Source of the DNA: Myxococcota bacterium
GTDB lineage: Bacteria > Myxococcota_A > Polyangia > Polyangiales > Sandaracinaceae
Direction: 5' to 3'
Assembly (NCBI GenBank): GCA_036149055.1
Contig: JAYZQJ010000248.1
Coordinates: 1 to 64,000 of the forward strand
DNA: 64,000 nucleotides
Of this stretch, positions 63,558 through 64,000 are shown one piece after another. The notes beneath the pieces were generated by a model that saw nothing but the letters and a program-made list of their open reading frames with translations, did no database searches and was not told the DNA's origin. Within the stretch, counting starts at the first letter, position 1. The number at the start of each line of letters is the position of its first letter. Made by a program: the position numbers and the translations under genes.

Positions 63558-64000
63558 GTGGGTTTGGGGTCTCGAACCGTTCTGATCTTGCTCGGGCTCG
63601 GGCTGGCCGGCTGCGGGGGCGAGGTGGTGGAGGAGTCGGCGCCGGCCGCGCCTCCGGTGCGCCTGGACGACGTGGTGTCGACCGAGCGGGTGCCGCACGC
63701 GGCGGGCACGGCCGAGCTGGAGCCGCTCCGGCGCGCGACGCTGTCGGTGGAGGCGCCCGGGCGGGTGGTGGCCATCGACATGGAGCGCGGGCAGCGGGTG
63801 GAGGCGGGCGACGTCCTGGTCCGCCTCGACGTGGGGCGCACCGCGGTGGCCACGGCGGCGGCGGCCGCGAACGTGACCCAGGCCGAGGCCGCGCTCGCTC
63901 AGGCGGAGCGGGAGCGGGGGCTGGCCGAGCGGCTGGTGGAGAGCGGGAGCGCGTCGGCGCGCTCGCTCGATCAGGCGCGAGACGCGCAGTCGCTGGCCGA
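63558..64000 (+). CDS. RND efflux periplasmic adaptor lipoprotein, truncated by the window end
   Basis: Manual translation: lipobox LAGC, PGRVVAIDMERGQRVEAGDVLVRLD, then an alpha-hairpin. Start 63558 or 63564. Confidence 0.85.
   Translation, partial: MGLGSRTVLILLGLGLAGCGGEVVEESAPAAPPVRLDDVVSTERVPHAAGTAELEPLRRATLSVEAPGRVVAIDMERGQRVEAGDVLVRLDVGRTAVATAAAAANVTQAEAALAQAERERGLAERLVESGSASARSLDQARDAQSLA

Overview
Very GC-rich, densely coding chromosomal window, most likely from a myxobacterium (Myxococcota, Polyangiales/Sandaracinaceae-like). This is inferred from a MYXO-CTERM protein, DUF2378, Pkn-type Ser/Thr kinases and Cys-rich lipoproteins. About 56 genes: an MBOAT plus SGNH O-acetylation cluster, two MATE pumps, a CobW GTPase, two Ser/Thr kinases, pcm, a bacteriophytochrome hybrid kinase, a surface M23 peptidase, several two-component systems, plsX, clpB, rpsU, glgC/glgA, pncB-nrtR with its operator, a hydratase/thiolase pair, a LeuA-like enzyme and a truncated RND adaptor. 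No transposase, phage, rRNA, tRNA or CRISPR was seen. The most striking signal is non-coding, at 62.5-63.5 kb. Two paralogous small-RNA-like units each have a shared upstream palindrome, a sigma-54 promoter (TTGGCACG-N4-TCGCTA), two stem-loops with C-rich loops (identical ACUCCCCCCCA in the terminator loop) and a U-tract. The stems have diverged but still pair, which is reminiscent of Myxococcus Pxr. The second is a 1.7 kb intergenic block of two facing repeat arrays built from 8-bp CGCNNAGN triplets (32.6-34.3 kb). All calls come from reading the sequence by eye; no searches were run and many start codons are estimates.
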